Shown here piece after piece: positions 42,062-56,410 of a stretch of 64,000 nucleotides of DNA (position 1 is its first letter; every line of letters starts with the position of its first letter). Where the stretch lies: assembly GCF_009914755.1 (NCBI RefSeq), contig NC_060927.1; one strand, 5' to 3'. This DNA is from the human T2T-CHM13v2.0 reference genome, Homo sapiens. The position numbers and the translations under genes are program-made. The notes under the pieces were generated by a model. That model was not told where the DNA came from. It searched no databases and worked only from the letters and a program-made list of their open reading frames with translations.

Positions 42062-44678
42062 TTATCCCAGCACTATTTATTTAATAGGGAATCCTTTCCC
42101 TGTTGCTTGTTTTTGTCAGCTTTGTCAAAGATGAGATTATTATCGTTATGGGGCCTTATTTCTGGGTTCTCTATTCTGTTCCATTTGTCTATGTCTCTGT
42201 TTTTGTAGTAGTACCATGCTGTTTTGCAGCCCTGTATTATAGTTTGAAGTCAGGTAGCGTGATGCCTCCAGCTTTGTTCTTTTTGCTTAGGATTGCCTTT
42301 TTGAGCTTTTTTATGGTTCCATATGAACTTTAAAATACTATTTTCTAGTTCTGTGAAGAATGTCATTGGTAGTTTAATAGAAATAGCATTGAATCTACAA
42401 ATTGCTTTGGACAGTATGGCCATTTTAATGATATTGAGTCTTCCTATACAAGAGTATGGAATGTTTTCCATTTGTTTGTGTCATCTCTGATGTTGTTGAG
42501 TAATGTTTTATAGTTCTTTCTGTAAAGATCTGTCACCTCTCTGGTTAGCTGTATTCCCAGTTATTTTATGTTGTGGCTGTTGTGAATGTGATTGTGTTCC
42601 TGGTTTGGCTTTCAGCTTGACTATTGTTGATGTATAGGAATGCTAGTGATTTTTGTACATTGATTTTGTATCCTGAGACTTAGTCAAAGTTGTTTATTAG
42701 CTTAAGGAGCCTTTGGGCTGAGACTATAGGGTTTTCTAGATATAGGATCATGTCATCAGCAGAGAGGGATAGTTTGACTTACTCTCTTTATTTCTTTCTG
42801 TTGTCTGATTTCACCAGCCAGGACTTCCAACACTATGTTGAATAGGAGTGGTCAGAGAGGGTATCCTTGTCTTTTGCGGGTTTTGAGGGGAAATGCTTCC
42901 AGCTTTTGCCAATTCAGTATGATGTCAGCTGTGGGTTTGTCGTAGATGGCTCTTATTATTTTGAGGTATGTTCCTTCAATACCTAGTCTATTGAGAGTTT
43001 TTAACATGAAGCAATGTTGAATTTTGTGAAAGCCTTTTCTGCATCTATTGAGATAATGTGGTTTTTGTCTTTTGTTTTGTTTATGCGATGAATCACATTT
43101 ATTTTTTTGTGTCTGTTGAACAAACTTTGCATTCCAGGGGTGAAGCCTACTTGATCGGGTGGAGAAGCTCTTACGATGTGCTGCTGGATTCAGTTTGCTG
43201 GTGTTTTGTTAAGGATTTTTGCGTTGATGTTCATCAAGGATATTGGCCTGAAGTTTTTTTGTTGTTGTTGTATCTCCACCAGGTTTTGGAATCAGAATGA
43301 TGCTTACCACATAGAATGAGGTAGGGAGGAGTCCCTCTTCAATTTTTGAAATAGTTTCATCAGGAATGGTATCAGCTCTTCTTTTTATATCTGGTAGTAT
43401 TCAGCTGTGAAACCTTCTGGTCCTGGGCTGTTTTTGGTTGGTAGGCCATTAATTACTGATTTAATTCAGAGCTCATTATTGGTCTATTCAGGGATTCAAC
43501 TTCTTCCTGGTTCAGTCTTGGGAGGATGTATATGTCCAGGAATTTATTCATTTCTTCTAGATTTTCTAGTTTATGTGCATAGAGGTATTCATAATATTTT
43601 CTGATGGTTGTTTGTATTTCTCTGGGGTCAGTGGTAATATATTTGCTTTTTCATTTCTGATTGTATTTATTTGGATCCTCTCTCTTTTCTTCTTTATTAG
43701 TCTAGCTAGTGGTAGAGGTATTTTATTAATTTTCTCAAAAAATGCCTCCTGTATTCATTGATATTTTAAATGGCTTTTCATGTGTCAGTCTTCTTCAGTT
43801 CAGCTCTAATTTCGGTTATTTCTTGTCTTCTGCTAGCTCTGGGATTGGTTTGCTCTTGGTTTCCTACTTTTTGTTGTGGTGTTGGGTTGTTAACTTGAGA
43901 TCTTTCTTTATGATATGGACTTTAAGAGCTCTAAATCTATCTTAACACTGCTTTAGCTGTGTCCCAGAGATTCTTGCATGTTGTATGTTTGTTCTCATTG
44001 TTTTAAAAAACTTGATTTCTATCTTAATTTCATTATTTAACCGAAAGCCATTCAGAGCAGGTTATTCAATGTAAATGTACTTGTATGGTTTTGAGTGAAT
44101 TTCTTTGTTTTGATTTCTAATTTCATTGTGCTATGGTCAGAAAGATTGTTTATTGTGGTTTCAGTTCTTTTGCATTTGCTGAAAAGTGTTTTACTTACAA
44201 TTATGTGATTGATTTTAGAGTAAGTACCATGTGACAATGAGAAGAATATATATTCTGTTGTTTTGGGGTAGAGAATTCTGTAGATGTTTATCAGTTCCAT
44301 TTGGTACAGTGCTGAGTTCAAGTCCTGAATAACTTTTTGAATTTTCTACCTCAATAATCTATCTAATATTGTCAATGGGGTGTTAAAATCTCTTACTATT
44401 ATTGTGTGGGAGTCTAAGTCTCTTCTAAGGTGTTCAAGAACTTTCTTTATGAATCTGCGTGCTTCTGCATTGAGTGTATATATATTTAGGATACTTAGGT
44501 CTTGTTGAATTCAACCCTTTACCATTATGTAATGCCCTTCTTTGTCTTTTTTCATCTTTGTTGGTTTAAAATCTGTTTTGTCTAAAACAAGGATTGAAAT
44601 CATTACTTTTTTTGTTTGTTTTTCATTGGCTTGTTGGATTATTCTGTGTCCCTTTATTTTGAACCTATGCATGTCCTG

Positions 44679-44820
44679 CTTCTATAATTACTAACTGTGG
44701 GACCTTGGGTAAGATGGTTGCCCTTTCTTAACCTCGCACTCCTCATCTGTTAACTGGAGGTAATAATAGAGCCTACCTCACTGGGTTTTCGCCCCTGAGG
44801 ATTACATGAGATAATGTAGC
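44679..44820 (+). mobile_element. MIR 3' part
   Basis: ctgtgggaccttgggtaag...ctcctcatctgttaactggaggtaataatagagcctacctca...gaggattacatgagataatgta. Confidence 0.8.
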
Positions 44821-45009
44821 ATCTAGACTATTACGAGGAAGGTGGAAAGAACTGTTTTCAAGTTGTTTCCCATAGGTGGGATAAATTTTACTTATTTTGA
44901 AAACTTTTCCAATGACTGTGTAAACAACATGGCGTTTCCCCAGCATAAATCCTGATCAAAGACTAAAGTACTTGCTAAACCAGGTTATTAGCAGATAATA
45001 GTCAGTGTC

Positions 45010-45250
45010 AGAGTAAGTGGCTAAGAAAACAAGACTTCAAAACCTGAAGACCTAGATTTGAATCCTTGCTTTTCATCGTATTAGCTGTGGGATTTTGAGA
45101 CGGCACTTAAAGTCTCTGGGCCTGTTTTATCTTTTTTTTAAAAGGATACACTATTCGTTTCTGCCTTGAAAGTTGTTATAAAGACTGAATAAATCCGCAT
45201 GAAGCACTTAGTGCAATATGTGGCATGTTGTAGGCAATCTCAAGTGTTTG
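45010..45250 (+). mobile_element. MIR
   Basis: gacctagatttgaatcct...tagctgtggg...aagcacttagtgca. Confidence 0.65.
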
Positions 45251-45292
45251 CTATGACTAGATTTATTCATAATGTTATTGTTAAACATATCT

Positions 45293-45730
45293 AGAAGCCA
45301 TTACAAACTATAGCCTGTAGGCCAAACTCTACTTGCCTCCTTTTTTTTTAAGTAGTTTCCTACTGGAACACAGTCACACTTACTCATTTACAAATTATTT
45401 GTCTTTTCAAATTTTTTTATTTGAAATACAATTGTACGTATTTATGAGGTATATAGTGATGTTTTGATACATATAGCATGCAGTGAGCAAATCAGGGTAA
45501 TTAGCATATCCATCATCTTGAACATTGATTATTTCTTAGTGTTGGGAGCATTGAGTATCCTTTTTCTAGTTATCTGAAACTGTATAATATATTAGTGTTA
45601 ACTCTGGCCATCCTACAGTGCTAAAAGTTGGCTGCTTTTGTGTTACAAGTAGCCACAGAGTTCACATGGTCCCCCGAGCCTAATACTTTCACTATCTGGC
45701 CCTTCACAGAAAAACTTTGCTGACTTGCTA
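45293..45730. mobile_element. MER58A split by an L1MA fragment
   Basis: caaactatagcctgtaggccaaa...ctggaacacagtcac | L1 | ggctgctttt...ctatctggcccttcacagaaaaactttgctgac. Confidence 0.75.
45405..45625 (-). mobile_element. L1MA 3' fragment
   Basis: aattgtacgtatttatgaggtatatagtgatgttttgatac...aatcagggtaattagcatatccatca. Confidence 0.8.
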
Positions 45731-48700
45731 TGAACAAGACATTGTGCCAAATTTATTCTCCACACCATGAATAATATTTTTTCAGTAACACACGATAGAT
45801 ACTGTTGTTATCCTTATTTTTTATATGAGGAAACAAAGACTCAGATTTACCACTTAAAATGTCCAAAGTCCTACAACTAACAAATGACACAGCTGGAATT
45901 TGAAGCACTTTTATATGACACTACAGTTCACAATCGTAATCATATCACATTTTTTAGATTAGGTTAGATTGTTCTCTGGTGATGTGTAGTGACTGAGGTG
46001 GTTACGAGTTTTTTTTTGTTTGTTTTTTTAGTTGTCTCTAGTATCCTATGTAGATAGCATGGAGAGCACATATTTGAAAAGTCCACATTTGGGTCAATCA
46101 TTTCCATTTTACAAGTGTTAAGAACTCATCTAGGGTGCTATGCACATGATCTAGCCTGACAATCCTGGAGGAGACTGGCCTAGCTACAGATAGGTTTTTC
46201 TACTACCATCTTTTTTGACAACTATCCTTCCCTTCCCTGGAGAGAACTGTTTGCCTTCACCAAGAATGCTGGCTCCAGAAGGCCAGCTGTGTAGCTGATG
46301 AATTAGTTTTGTAGACTATTGCTTTCTTTTCTGTTGGCCTCTTGGGTGTCTGCTCTGTAGCTAGTAGGTGTGAAGCTTATAGAAACGTGTGTAGCTGCAG
46401 CTTTGCCTGCCAGAAGCTTATTTTGTTTGAGACGATACCATTTCCCTTTGATTCATTTTTGAAATATATTATATGCATAAGAATTAGGTCCTAGGAACAA
46501 TTTCCCATGAGATCAATTTGCAAGACTCTTTAGTTTAGAAAGAAAGATCATTCTCTTGTGTGTATTGGTTTGATATGGAAATACATATACTTGCCCTACA
46601 TCTAGATTGCTAGTGTGCTCAGAATTTTCTTTATAAAGTTCAAAATTAAATCCATACACTCTGTGCCTAATTTTATTTTTTTTTTTGGTGTCTGCATGCA
46701 GACACTTTCTTAAGGATGGAGCCCTTAAGCACAAGAAGAGTGTGATGGAACAAATCTCAAATCTACAGCTTCAAAAATCTGTCTTTGTTGTTGGCTGAAA
46801 GCAGGACTAAAAGTTCTGGTGACTATAAATCCAGACATTGTACTTTCAGTGATAATTAGGTTTCTCACAGATCTGACATTCTCTATGCTAGACTCCAAAT
46901 GGCAGTCTATAGCTCAGTTTGCAAAAGGGGGCTATTTTAAGACACTAAGGAAGAGATTATTGGAGTTCTCCAGTTACACATAAGCCTCTCCTTAAGGTCA
47001 TTGATTAAACGTAATGTTCGTGGAGCCTAGGGTATTTATTTATTTTTTACATTAAATAGTGCCACTCAGGCGATTTTTATTCATGCTATTCTGTGCCATG
47101 GAAATGTTGTATCTCAACAGAGGATTGTGGTATGAGTTTACTCCATGTTCAACCTTCAACAAGCATTTACTAGTAAATAACTCTGAGCCAGACATTATGA
47201 TGGGTGCTGGGGAAATAAAGGCATGATGATGTATTAGATTGATTTATTTTCCCAGATTTTCTGTTTCCTTTAGTGAGTCGTTTTTCTGCTCTCACTCAGG
47301 ACATAATTTGAAAGGCAATTATCTGCTGTAGTCAAAGATTCCCCATATGAGGTCCATCAGTAGTACATGTAGGCTCTAACAGGGATACAAAAAACTGTTT
47401 TTCCCCCTTCATGGTGGAGGAACTCATGGTTACTTTCTGAGACCACAGCCTTGGAAGGTTATTTATAATATGCATTTCATTCAGCTCTAGGTTTTTATGA
47501 AAAACAATTATTATTGTGTTTAACAAAAGTATCTAAACCATTTCTGACTATATCATTAAAACTAATTCCTGAGATTCAAAGTGGAACTTCCCTGTTCCAC
47601 TAAAATAACTCATGTTACTTCATGAATGAATGTTAAGCCTTAATTCCATAATAGGCATATTATATATAGTTTGAAAAGGCATATTCAGTATTTCAATATG
47701 TCATTTTTAGAAACCACGTAAAATTCCTCTTGTTTTAACTAACATTAGAAAAATTAGGGTCAGAGAAATCGTGGCGGCTGGAGATATGAAGAAAAATAAC
47801 AATTTTTACCAGAGAGTTTTAGGGGACATGGCATTGAGTGAACACGTTAGTATCACTAGATGTGAACTATATGTTTATAAAAAGGTAGTATAGATCTAAA
47901 GAAAAAAGATTGCATTCATTAAATTTTATTTGCTTTAGGTAACAAACTTTTATGAATAAAGCTCCAAAGCACATTAGCAAATTTAGTAACTATATTACAC
48001 AGAGGCCTCAATGTGCATTCACTGTGAATTTAGACCTTTCTATTTTTTTAAACATTATTGCTCTAAGCCTATTTTCATCTATATTTTTGCATTTTTTCTC
48101 TAATATATCATAGCTAACGTTTGTCTCTGTAATTTTCCATTTTTGCTGTATTCAGCTCATTTTGCCACCTATGACGTTTTTTTTATCTAACCACCAGCAT
48201 CCTTTTTATTTGCTTTTCCCAACCAATTCCCACATCTACAGAGTTAGATGGAGTGCTAACAGGATCTTTGTTTTGTCATACGCTTTCGGCCTATATTCCA
48301 AAACTCTGAAACTGACAACTCTACTGAAATGAATCATTCTTAAAAAAGACATTCTACTTTTTAAATAATTTATGGCCATCTGATTTTTTTTTAATGTAAA
48401 CTTCAGGGTCAGAAGGGACCTTTTGGATGGTGTTTTTAAACCTTAATAATTAGCCAACATTTCTATCATAATAGAATAGAGATCTCCATGTGATTAGCCA
48501 TTAATACTTCAGCTTTACTTTGAAATCTGTTTCTTACAAGATTAAGTTGTAATTTTCACTTAATTTATACTTTTTGAGTGAACTTTTTGTTTTACAATGA
48601 AAGTAAGAAAAGTATCTCTGACCCTGGGTTAAAGGTCACATTACTATTTAATTAAAATAAAACTGTGGGTTTGCTAAGCAGTACATGGTCCACGTTTATA

Positions 48701-48959
48701 AGGAGAGTTCTGTATTTTTGAAGTTCATCCATGTAGGTTGATATTTTGGGAAACATGCCTAGACAGTCTTTATTCTGCCTCGGGGGACTTTGTATGTGTA
48801 AAACCATGACATGCTTGGCCTTGATTTACAAATGATCGCATGTCAACTTAAATATAATATGTATTTGACAGGGCTTTCTAGGCTCACATTTTTTACCAGA
48901 GGAAACACTGGCCATACACAAAAAGCTTTCATCAACCTGGCCTCTTTGTGACTAAAAAT

Positions 48960-49173
48960 ATTGTATTCATTTCTTATATTATCTTTAATAACTGTCCCAT
49001 TTTTTCTATTATGAATAAGGCATTTAATATCTTTGTATGCATAACTTTGTAAACTTTTGCAAGAATATCAATAGAAGAGATTTTAAGAATTGATATTACT
49101 GGGTCAAAGGGTATGTCCATTGAAATATTAGTAAATACTGCCAAATTATATTCTTTTAAAAAGTATCTATTGG
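48960..49173 (-). mobile_element. Ancient L1M fragment (continues 55586-55750), host of the L1PA7
   Basis: attactgggtcaaagggtatg...aaatactgccaaatt; resumes as ccttcaccaac...aatttttgccaaactg. Confidence 0.65.
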
Positions 49174-49185
49174 TTGATTCCCGGG

Positions 49186-49195
49186 CAAGATGGCC
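49186..49195 (+). promoter_or_regulatory. YY1 site of the L1 5'UTR promoter
   Basis: caagatggcc intact at the canonical L1 5' position. Confidence 0.75.
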
Positions 49196-49567
49196 AAATA
49201 GGAACAGCTCTGGTCTGCAGTTCCCAGCAACAACAGCAGAGAAGGCGGGTGATTTCTGCATTTCTAACTGAGGTACCTGGCTGATCTCATTGGGACTGGT
49301 TAGACAGTGGGCGCAACCCACAGAGGGTGAGCAGAAGCTGGGTGGGGTGTTATCCCACCCAGGAAGTGTAAGAGGTTGAGAAACTCCCTCCCCTAGCCGA
49401 GGGAAGCAATGAGGGACTGTGCTGTGCGGGATGGTGCTATCCGGCCCAGATACTACGCTTTTCCCAAAGTCTTTGCAACCCACAGACCAGATTTGCTTGG
49501 GTGCCTACACCACCAGGGCCCTGGGTTTCAAGCACAAAATTGGGCAGCCATATGGGCAGACACTGAG

Positions 49568-49801
49568 CTAGCTGCAGGACTTTTTCTTGTACCCCAGTGG
49601 TGCCTGGAATGCCAGTGACAACCGTTCACTCCCCTGGAAAGGGGGGTGAAGCAAGGAAGGTGAGTGGTCTTGCTCAGCAGACCCTACCCCCATGGAACTC
49701 AACAAGCTAAGGTCCACTGGCTTGAAATTCTCACGGCCAGCACAGCAGTCTGAAGTCAACCTGGGATGCTCAAGCTTGGTGGGGGAAGGGGCGTCCGCCA
49801 T
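49568..49801 (-). CDS. L1 ORF0-like antisense ORF, 77 aa (expression unknown)
   Basis: MADAPSPTKLEHPRLTSDCCAG...SMGVG resembles L1 ORF0 (MAGAPPP...SDCCAS...SVGVG as recalled); gtaATGG Kozak context. Confidence 0.55.
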   Translation of the reverse strand: MADAPSPTKLEHPRLTSDCCAGRENFKPVDLSLLSSMGVGSAEQDHSPSLLHPPFQGSERLSLAFQAPLGYKKKSCS

Positions 49802-52800
49802 TACTGAGGCTTGAGTACAGGGTTTTCCCCTCACAGTGTAAACAAAGCCTCTGGGAAGTTCAGACTGGGCAGAGCTCACCACAGAACCACAAAGCTACTG
49901 TAGCCAGACTGCCTCTCTAGATCCCTCATCTCTGGGCAGGGCATCTCTGAAAGAAAGGGAGAAACCCCAGTCAGGGACTTATATATAAAACTCCCATCTC
50001 CCTGGGACAGAGCACCTATGGGAAGGGGCAGCTGTGGGGACAGCTTAAGCAGACTTAAACATTCCTGCCTGCCAGCTCAGAAGAGAGCAGCAGATCTCTC
50101 AGCACAGCACTTGAGCTCTGCTAAGGGACAGACTGCCTCTTCAATTGGGTTCCTGACCCCCATGCCTTCTGATGGGGAGACACCTCCCAGCAGGGGTTGA
50201 CAGGTGCCTTATACAGGAGAGGCAGCGGGCATCTGGCAGGTGGCCCTGTGGGACAAAGCTTCCAGAAGAAGGAGCAGGCAGCAATCTTTGCTGTTTTGCA
50301 ACCTCTGCTGGTGATACTCAGGCAAACAGGGTCTGGAGTAGACCTCCAGCAAACTCCAGCAGATCTGCAGAAGAGGGATCTGACTGACTGTTAGAAGAAA
50401 AACTAGCAAACAGAAAGCAATACCATCAACATCGCAAAAAGGATGGCCATGCAGAAACTGCATCTGAAGGTCACCAAAATCAAAGACCAAATGTCAGTAA
50501 ATCCACGAAGAAGGGGAAAAAGCAGCACAAAAAGGCTGAAAATTCCAAAACCCAGAACACCTCTTTTCTTCCAAAGGATCACAACTCCTGGCCAGCAAGG
50601 GAACAAAACTGGACTGAGAATGAGTTTGATGAATTGACGGAAGTAGGCTTCAGAAGGTGGGTAATAACAAAAATCCTCTGAGCTAAAGGAACATGTTGTA
50701 ACCCAATGCAAGGAAGCTAAGAACCTTGATAAAAGGTTACAGGAACTGCTAACTAGAATAACCAGTTTAGAGAAGAACATAAATGACCTGATGGAGCTGA
50801 AAAACACAGCGTGAGAACTTTGTGAAGCATATACAAGTGTCAATAGCCAAATCAATCAAGTAGAAGAAAGGATATTAGAGACTGAAGATCAACTTAATGA
50901 AATAAAGCATGAAGACAAGATTAGAGAAAAAAGAGAATGAAAAGGAATGAACAAAGCCTCCAAGAAACATGGGACTATGTGAAAAGACCAGACCTATGTT
51001 TGGTGTACCTGAAAGTGACAGGGAGAATGGAACCAAGTTGGAAAATACTCTTCAGGATATTATCCAGGAGAACTTCCCCAACCTAGCAAGACAGGCCAAC
51101 ATTCAAATTCAGGAAATGCAGAGAACACCACAAAGATAATCCTCAAGAAGAGCAACCGTAAGACACATAATCGTCAGATTCACCATGGTTGAAATGAAGG
51201 AAAAAATGTTAAGGACAGCCAGAGAGAAAGGTCGGGTTACCCACAAAGGGAAGCCCACCAGACTAACAGTGGATCTCTCTGCAGAAACCCTATAAGCCAG
51301 AAGAGAGTGGGGTCCAATATTCAACATTCTTGAAGAAAATAATTTTCAACTCAGAATTTCATATCCAGCCAAACTAAGCTTTATAAGTGAAGGAGAAGTA
51401 AAATCCTTTACAGACAAGCAAATGCTGAGGGATTTTGTCACCACCAGGCCTGCCATACCAGAGCTCCTGAGGAAGCACTTAACATGGAAAGGAAAAATCA
51501 GTACCAGCCACTGCAAAAGCATATCAAAATGTAAAGACCATCAACACTATGAAGAAACTGCATCAACTAATGGGCAAAATAACCAGCTGGAATCATAATG
51601 ACAGGATCAAATTCACACATAACAATACTAACCTTAAATGTAAATGGGTTAAATGCCCCAATTAAAAGACACAGACTGGCAAATTGGATAAAGAGTCAAC
51701 ACCCATCAGTGTGCTGTATTCAGGAGTCCGATCTCATGTGCAAAGACACACATAGGCTCAAAATAAAGGGAGGGAGGAATATTTAGGAAAGCAAAAAAAA
51801 AAAAAAAAAGTAGGGATTGCAATCCTAGTCTCTGATAAAGCAGAATTTCAACCAACAAAGATCAAAAAAGACAAAGAAGGATATTACATAATGGTAAAGG
51901 ATTAATGCAACAAGAAGAGCTAACTATCCTAAATAAATACGCATCCAATACAGGAGCACCCAGATTCATAAAGCAAGTCCTTAGAGACCTACAAAAAGAC
52001 TTAGACTCCCACACAATAATAGAGGGAGACTTTAGTACCCCACTGTCAATATCAGACAGATCAATGAGACAGAAAATTAACAAGGATATTCAGGACTTGA
52101 ACTCAGCTCTGGACCAAGCAGAACTAATAGACATCTGCAGAACCCTCCATCTCAAATCAACAGAATATACATTCTTCTCAGCACCGTATCGCACTTATTC
52201 TAAAACTGGCCACATACTTGGAAATAAAACACTCCTCAGCAAATGCAAAAAAACGGAAATCAGAACAGTCTCTCAGACCACAGTGCAATCGAATTAGAAC
52301 TCACGATTAAGAAACTCACTCACAACCACTCAACTACATGGAAACTGAACAACCTGCTCCTGAATGATTGCTAAGTAAATAACAAAATGAGGCAGAAATA
52401 AATAAGTTCTTTGAAACCAGTGAACACAAAGACACAACGTACCAGAATCTCTGGGACACAGCTAAAGCAGTGTTTAGAGGGAAATTTATAGCGCTAAATG
52501 TCCACATGAGAAAGTGGGAAAGATCTAAAATCAACACCCTAACGTCACAATTAAAAGAACTAGAGAAGCAAGAGCAAACAAATTCACAAGCTGTCAGAAG
52601 ACAAAAAATAACTAAGATCAGAACAGAACTGAAGGAGATAGAGAGATGAAAAATCCTCCAAAAAATCAATGAGTCCAGGAGCTGGTTTTTGAAAATATTA
52701 ACAAAATAGACCACTAGCCAGACTAATAAGAACAGAGAGAAGAATCAAGTAGACACACACAGAGAGAAAAAAAAGATAAAGGGAATATCACCACTGATCC

Positions 52801-55800
52801 CACAGAAATACAAACTATCATCAGAGAATACTATAAACAACTGTACACAAATAAACTGGAAAATCTAGAAGAAATGGATAAATTCCTGGACACATACACC
52901 CTCCCAAGACTAAATCAGGAAGAAGTCAAATCCCTGAATAGACCAATAGCAAGTTCTCAAATAAAGGCAGTAATTAATAGCCTACCAATGGAAAAAAAAA
53001 AAAAGCCAGGATTAGATGGATTCATAGCCAAATTCTACCAGACTTTCAAAGAGAAGCTGGTACCATTCCTTCAAAAACTATTTCAAACAACAGAAAAAGA
53101 GGCACTCCTCCCTAAGTTATTTTATGAGGCAAGCATCATCCTGATAGCAAAACCTGGCAGAGACACAATGAAAAAAAGAAAATTTCAGGGCAATATCCCT
53201 GTTGAACATCAATGCAAAAATCCTCTATAATATACTGACAGACCGAATCCATCAGCACATTAAGAAGCTTATCCAGCACAATCAAGTCAGCTTCATCCCG
53301 AGGATGCAAAGCTGATTCAACATATGCAAATCAATAAATATAATCCATCACAGAAACAGAATCAATGACAAAAATTACGTGATTATCTCAATAGATGCAA
53401 AAAAGGCCTTTGATAAAATTCAACACCCCTTCATGCTAAAAACACTCAATAAACTAGGTATTGATGGAATGTATCTCAAAATAATAAGAGCTATTTATGA
53501 CAAAACCACAGCCAATATCATACAGAATGGGCAAAAGCTGGAAGCATTCCCTTTGAAAACTGGCACAAGACAAGGATGCCCTCTCTCACCACTCCTATTC
53601 AACATAGTATTGGAAGTTCTAGCCAGGGCAATCAGTCAAGAGAAAGAAATATGCATTTAGAAAACCACATCGTCTCAATCCAAAAACTCCTTAAGCCAAT
53701 AAGCAACTTCAGCAAAGTCTCAGGATACAAAATCAATGTGGAAAAATCACAAGCATTCCTGTACACCAATAATAGACAAACAGAGCCAAATCATGAGTAA
53801 ACTCCCATTCACAATTGCTGCAAAGAGAATAAAATACCTAGGAATACAACTTACAAGGTGTGTGAAAGACTTCTTCAGGGAGAACTACAAACCACTGCTC
53901 AAGGAAATAAGAGAGGACACAAACAAATGGAAAAACATTCCATGCTCATGGATAGGAAGAATCAATATCGTGAAAATGGCCATGCTCCCCAAAGTAATTT
54001 ATAGATTCAATGCTATCCCAATCAAACTACCATTGACTTTCTTCACAGAATAAGAAAAAAAACTACTTTAAATTTCATATGGAACCAAAAAGGAGCCCAT
54101 ACAACCAAGGCAATCCTAAGCAAAAAGAACAAAATTGGAGGCATCATGCTACCTGACTTCAAACCATACTGCAAGACTACAGTAACCAAAACAGCATGGT
54201 ACTGGTACCAAAACAGATATATAGACCAGTGGAACAGAACAGAGGCCTCACAAATAACACTATGCATCTACAAGTACCTGATCTTCCACAAACAAAAACA
54301 AGCAATGGGGAAAGGATTCCCCATTTAATAAATGGTGTTGGGAAAACTGGCTAGCCATATGCAGAAAACTGAAACTGAACCTCTTCCTTACACTTTATAC
54401 AAAAAATAACTCAAGGTAGATTAAAGATTTAGATGTAAGTCCTAAAACCATAAAAACTCTAGAAGAAAACCTAGGCAAATACCATTCAGGATATAGGCAC
54501 TGGCAAAGACTTCATGACTAAACACCAAAAGCAATTGCAACAAAAGCCACAATTGACAAATGGGATCTAATTAAATCAAAGAGCTCTGCCCATCAGAAGA
54601 AACTATCATCTGAGTGAACAGGCAACCTACCGAATGGGAGAAAATTTTTGCAATATATTCATCTGACAAAGGGCTAATATCCAGAAACTACAAGGAACTT
54701 AAATTTGCAAGAAGAAAGCTAACAACCCCATCAAAAATGGCCAAAGGATATAAACAAACACTTTTCAAAAGAAGACATTTATGCGGCCAACAAACATATG
54801 AAAAAAAAACTCATCACTGGTCGTTAGAGAATTGCATATTAAAAGCACAATGAGATACCATCGCAACCAGTTAGAATGGCAATTATTAAAAAGTCAGGAA
54901 ACAACAGGTGCTGGAGAGGATGTGGAGAAATAGGAACGCTTTTACACTGTTGGTGAGAGTGTAAATTAGTTCAACCATTGTGGGAAATGGTGTGGCCATT
55001 CCTCAAGGATCTAGAACTAGAAATACCATTTGACCCAGCAATCCCATTACTGGCTATATACCCAAAGGATTATAAATCATTGCACTATAAAGACACATAC
55101 GTTTACTGCACATGCACACATACGTTTACTGCAGTACTGTTCACAAGAGCAAACACTTGCTAACAACCCAAATGTCCATCAATGATAGACAGGATAAAGA
55201 AAATGTGGCACATATACACTATGGAATACTATGCAGCCATAAAAAAGAATGAGTTTATGTCCTTTGCAGGGACATGGATGAAGCTGGAAACCATCATTCT
55301 CAGCAAACTAACACAGGAAGAGAAAACCAAACACTGCATATTCTCACTCATAAGTGAGAGTTGAACAATTAGAACATATGGGCTCAGGGAGGGGAATATC
55401 ACACACTGGGGCCTGTTGGAGGATGGTGGGCAAGGGAGGGATACTATTAGGAGAAATACCTAATGTAGATGACAGGTTGATGGGTGCAGCAAACCACCAT
55501 GGCACATGTATACCTATGTAACAAACTTACATGTATCCCAGAACTTAAAGTATAATAATAATAATAATAATAAAATATCTACTGGCATTCTCCCCAATTG
55601 TGTTTGAGAGTGTCTGTGTCTGCATACCTTCACCAACTTTGATATTAGCATTCTTTATAATTTTTGCCAAACTGGGGGAAAATGTTTGTAGATTTACTTT
55701 ATATTTCCTTATTATTTTGTGAGGACTTTTGATTTTGGTCATTTGGTTTTTGTTTATTTTAGAGTAAAAACCCTGTTGAGATGAGAATTTTATAAATCAG

Positions 55801-55824
55801 AATTCTAGTGTTTGCTTCATTTTA

Positions 55825-56410
55825 AGACAAATTTTAAAAATTGAAATGTAATATATACTGATATAAACAGACAAGTCATGAATGAACAGCTCAGTGGATT
55901 TCCATTAACTGAACTCACCCATGATACCATAACTCACATCAAGAGCTAGAATGTTACCAGCAATCCAGAAGTATCCCTGGTGTCCCTTCTCTGTCTCTAC
56001 TACCTTTCCCAAGGTAGCTACTGTCCCAACTTCTAGCACTACAGGTTACTCTTGTCTTTAAAAACAAAACAAAAAAGAACCTTTTATTTAAATGGACTTC
56101 TATACTATATCTTCTTTGGTGACTGGCTGCTTTCATTGACTGTGTTGCATGTAGCAGTAGATGGTTCCTTCTCATTGCTGTACACTAGTCTACTGCAGTA
56201 ACATACCACAATTTAGTTTTGCTATTGATAAACATCACAGTTACTTTCAATTTGGGACTATAATCAACAAAACTGCCATAGACATTTCTGCATACTTCTT
56301 CAATGGATGTATTTGTTATTCTTGGGCATATGCCTAGTAGAAGGATAATGTAAAATTTATCCATACATAAAGTTATCCAAACCTTCCATAAAAGTTTAAA
56401 CAATTCTATT
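55825..56410 (-). mobile_element. Ancient L1MD/ME 3' region
   Basis: aattgaaatgtaat...acagctcagtggatttcc...tgttgcatgtagcagtag...cataccacaattt. Confidence 0.7.

Larger units (their letters stand above)
49174..55571 (+). mobile_element. Full-length L1PA7-like LINE-1, inactive
   Basis: 5'UTR with caagatggcc, ORF1 remnants about 50510-51535, ORF2 from MTGSNSHITILTLNVNGLN (51598) to about 55360 with stops and frameshifts, 3'UTR, (TAA)n tail; degenerate TSD aaaagtatctattgg / aaaatatctactgg at a tttt/aaaa site. Confidence 0.97.

Noticed and set aside
48974-49483. 169-aa minus-strand ORF crossing the L1 5' junction
   Set aside because: Non-ATG start; a chance fusion of L1PA7 5'UTR antisense sequence and an ancient L1M frame
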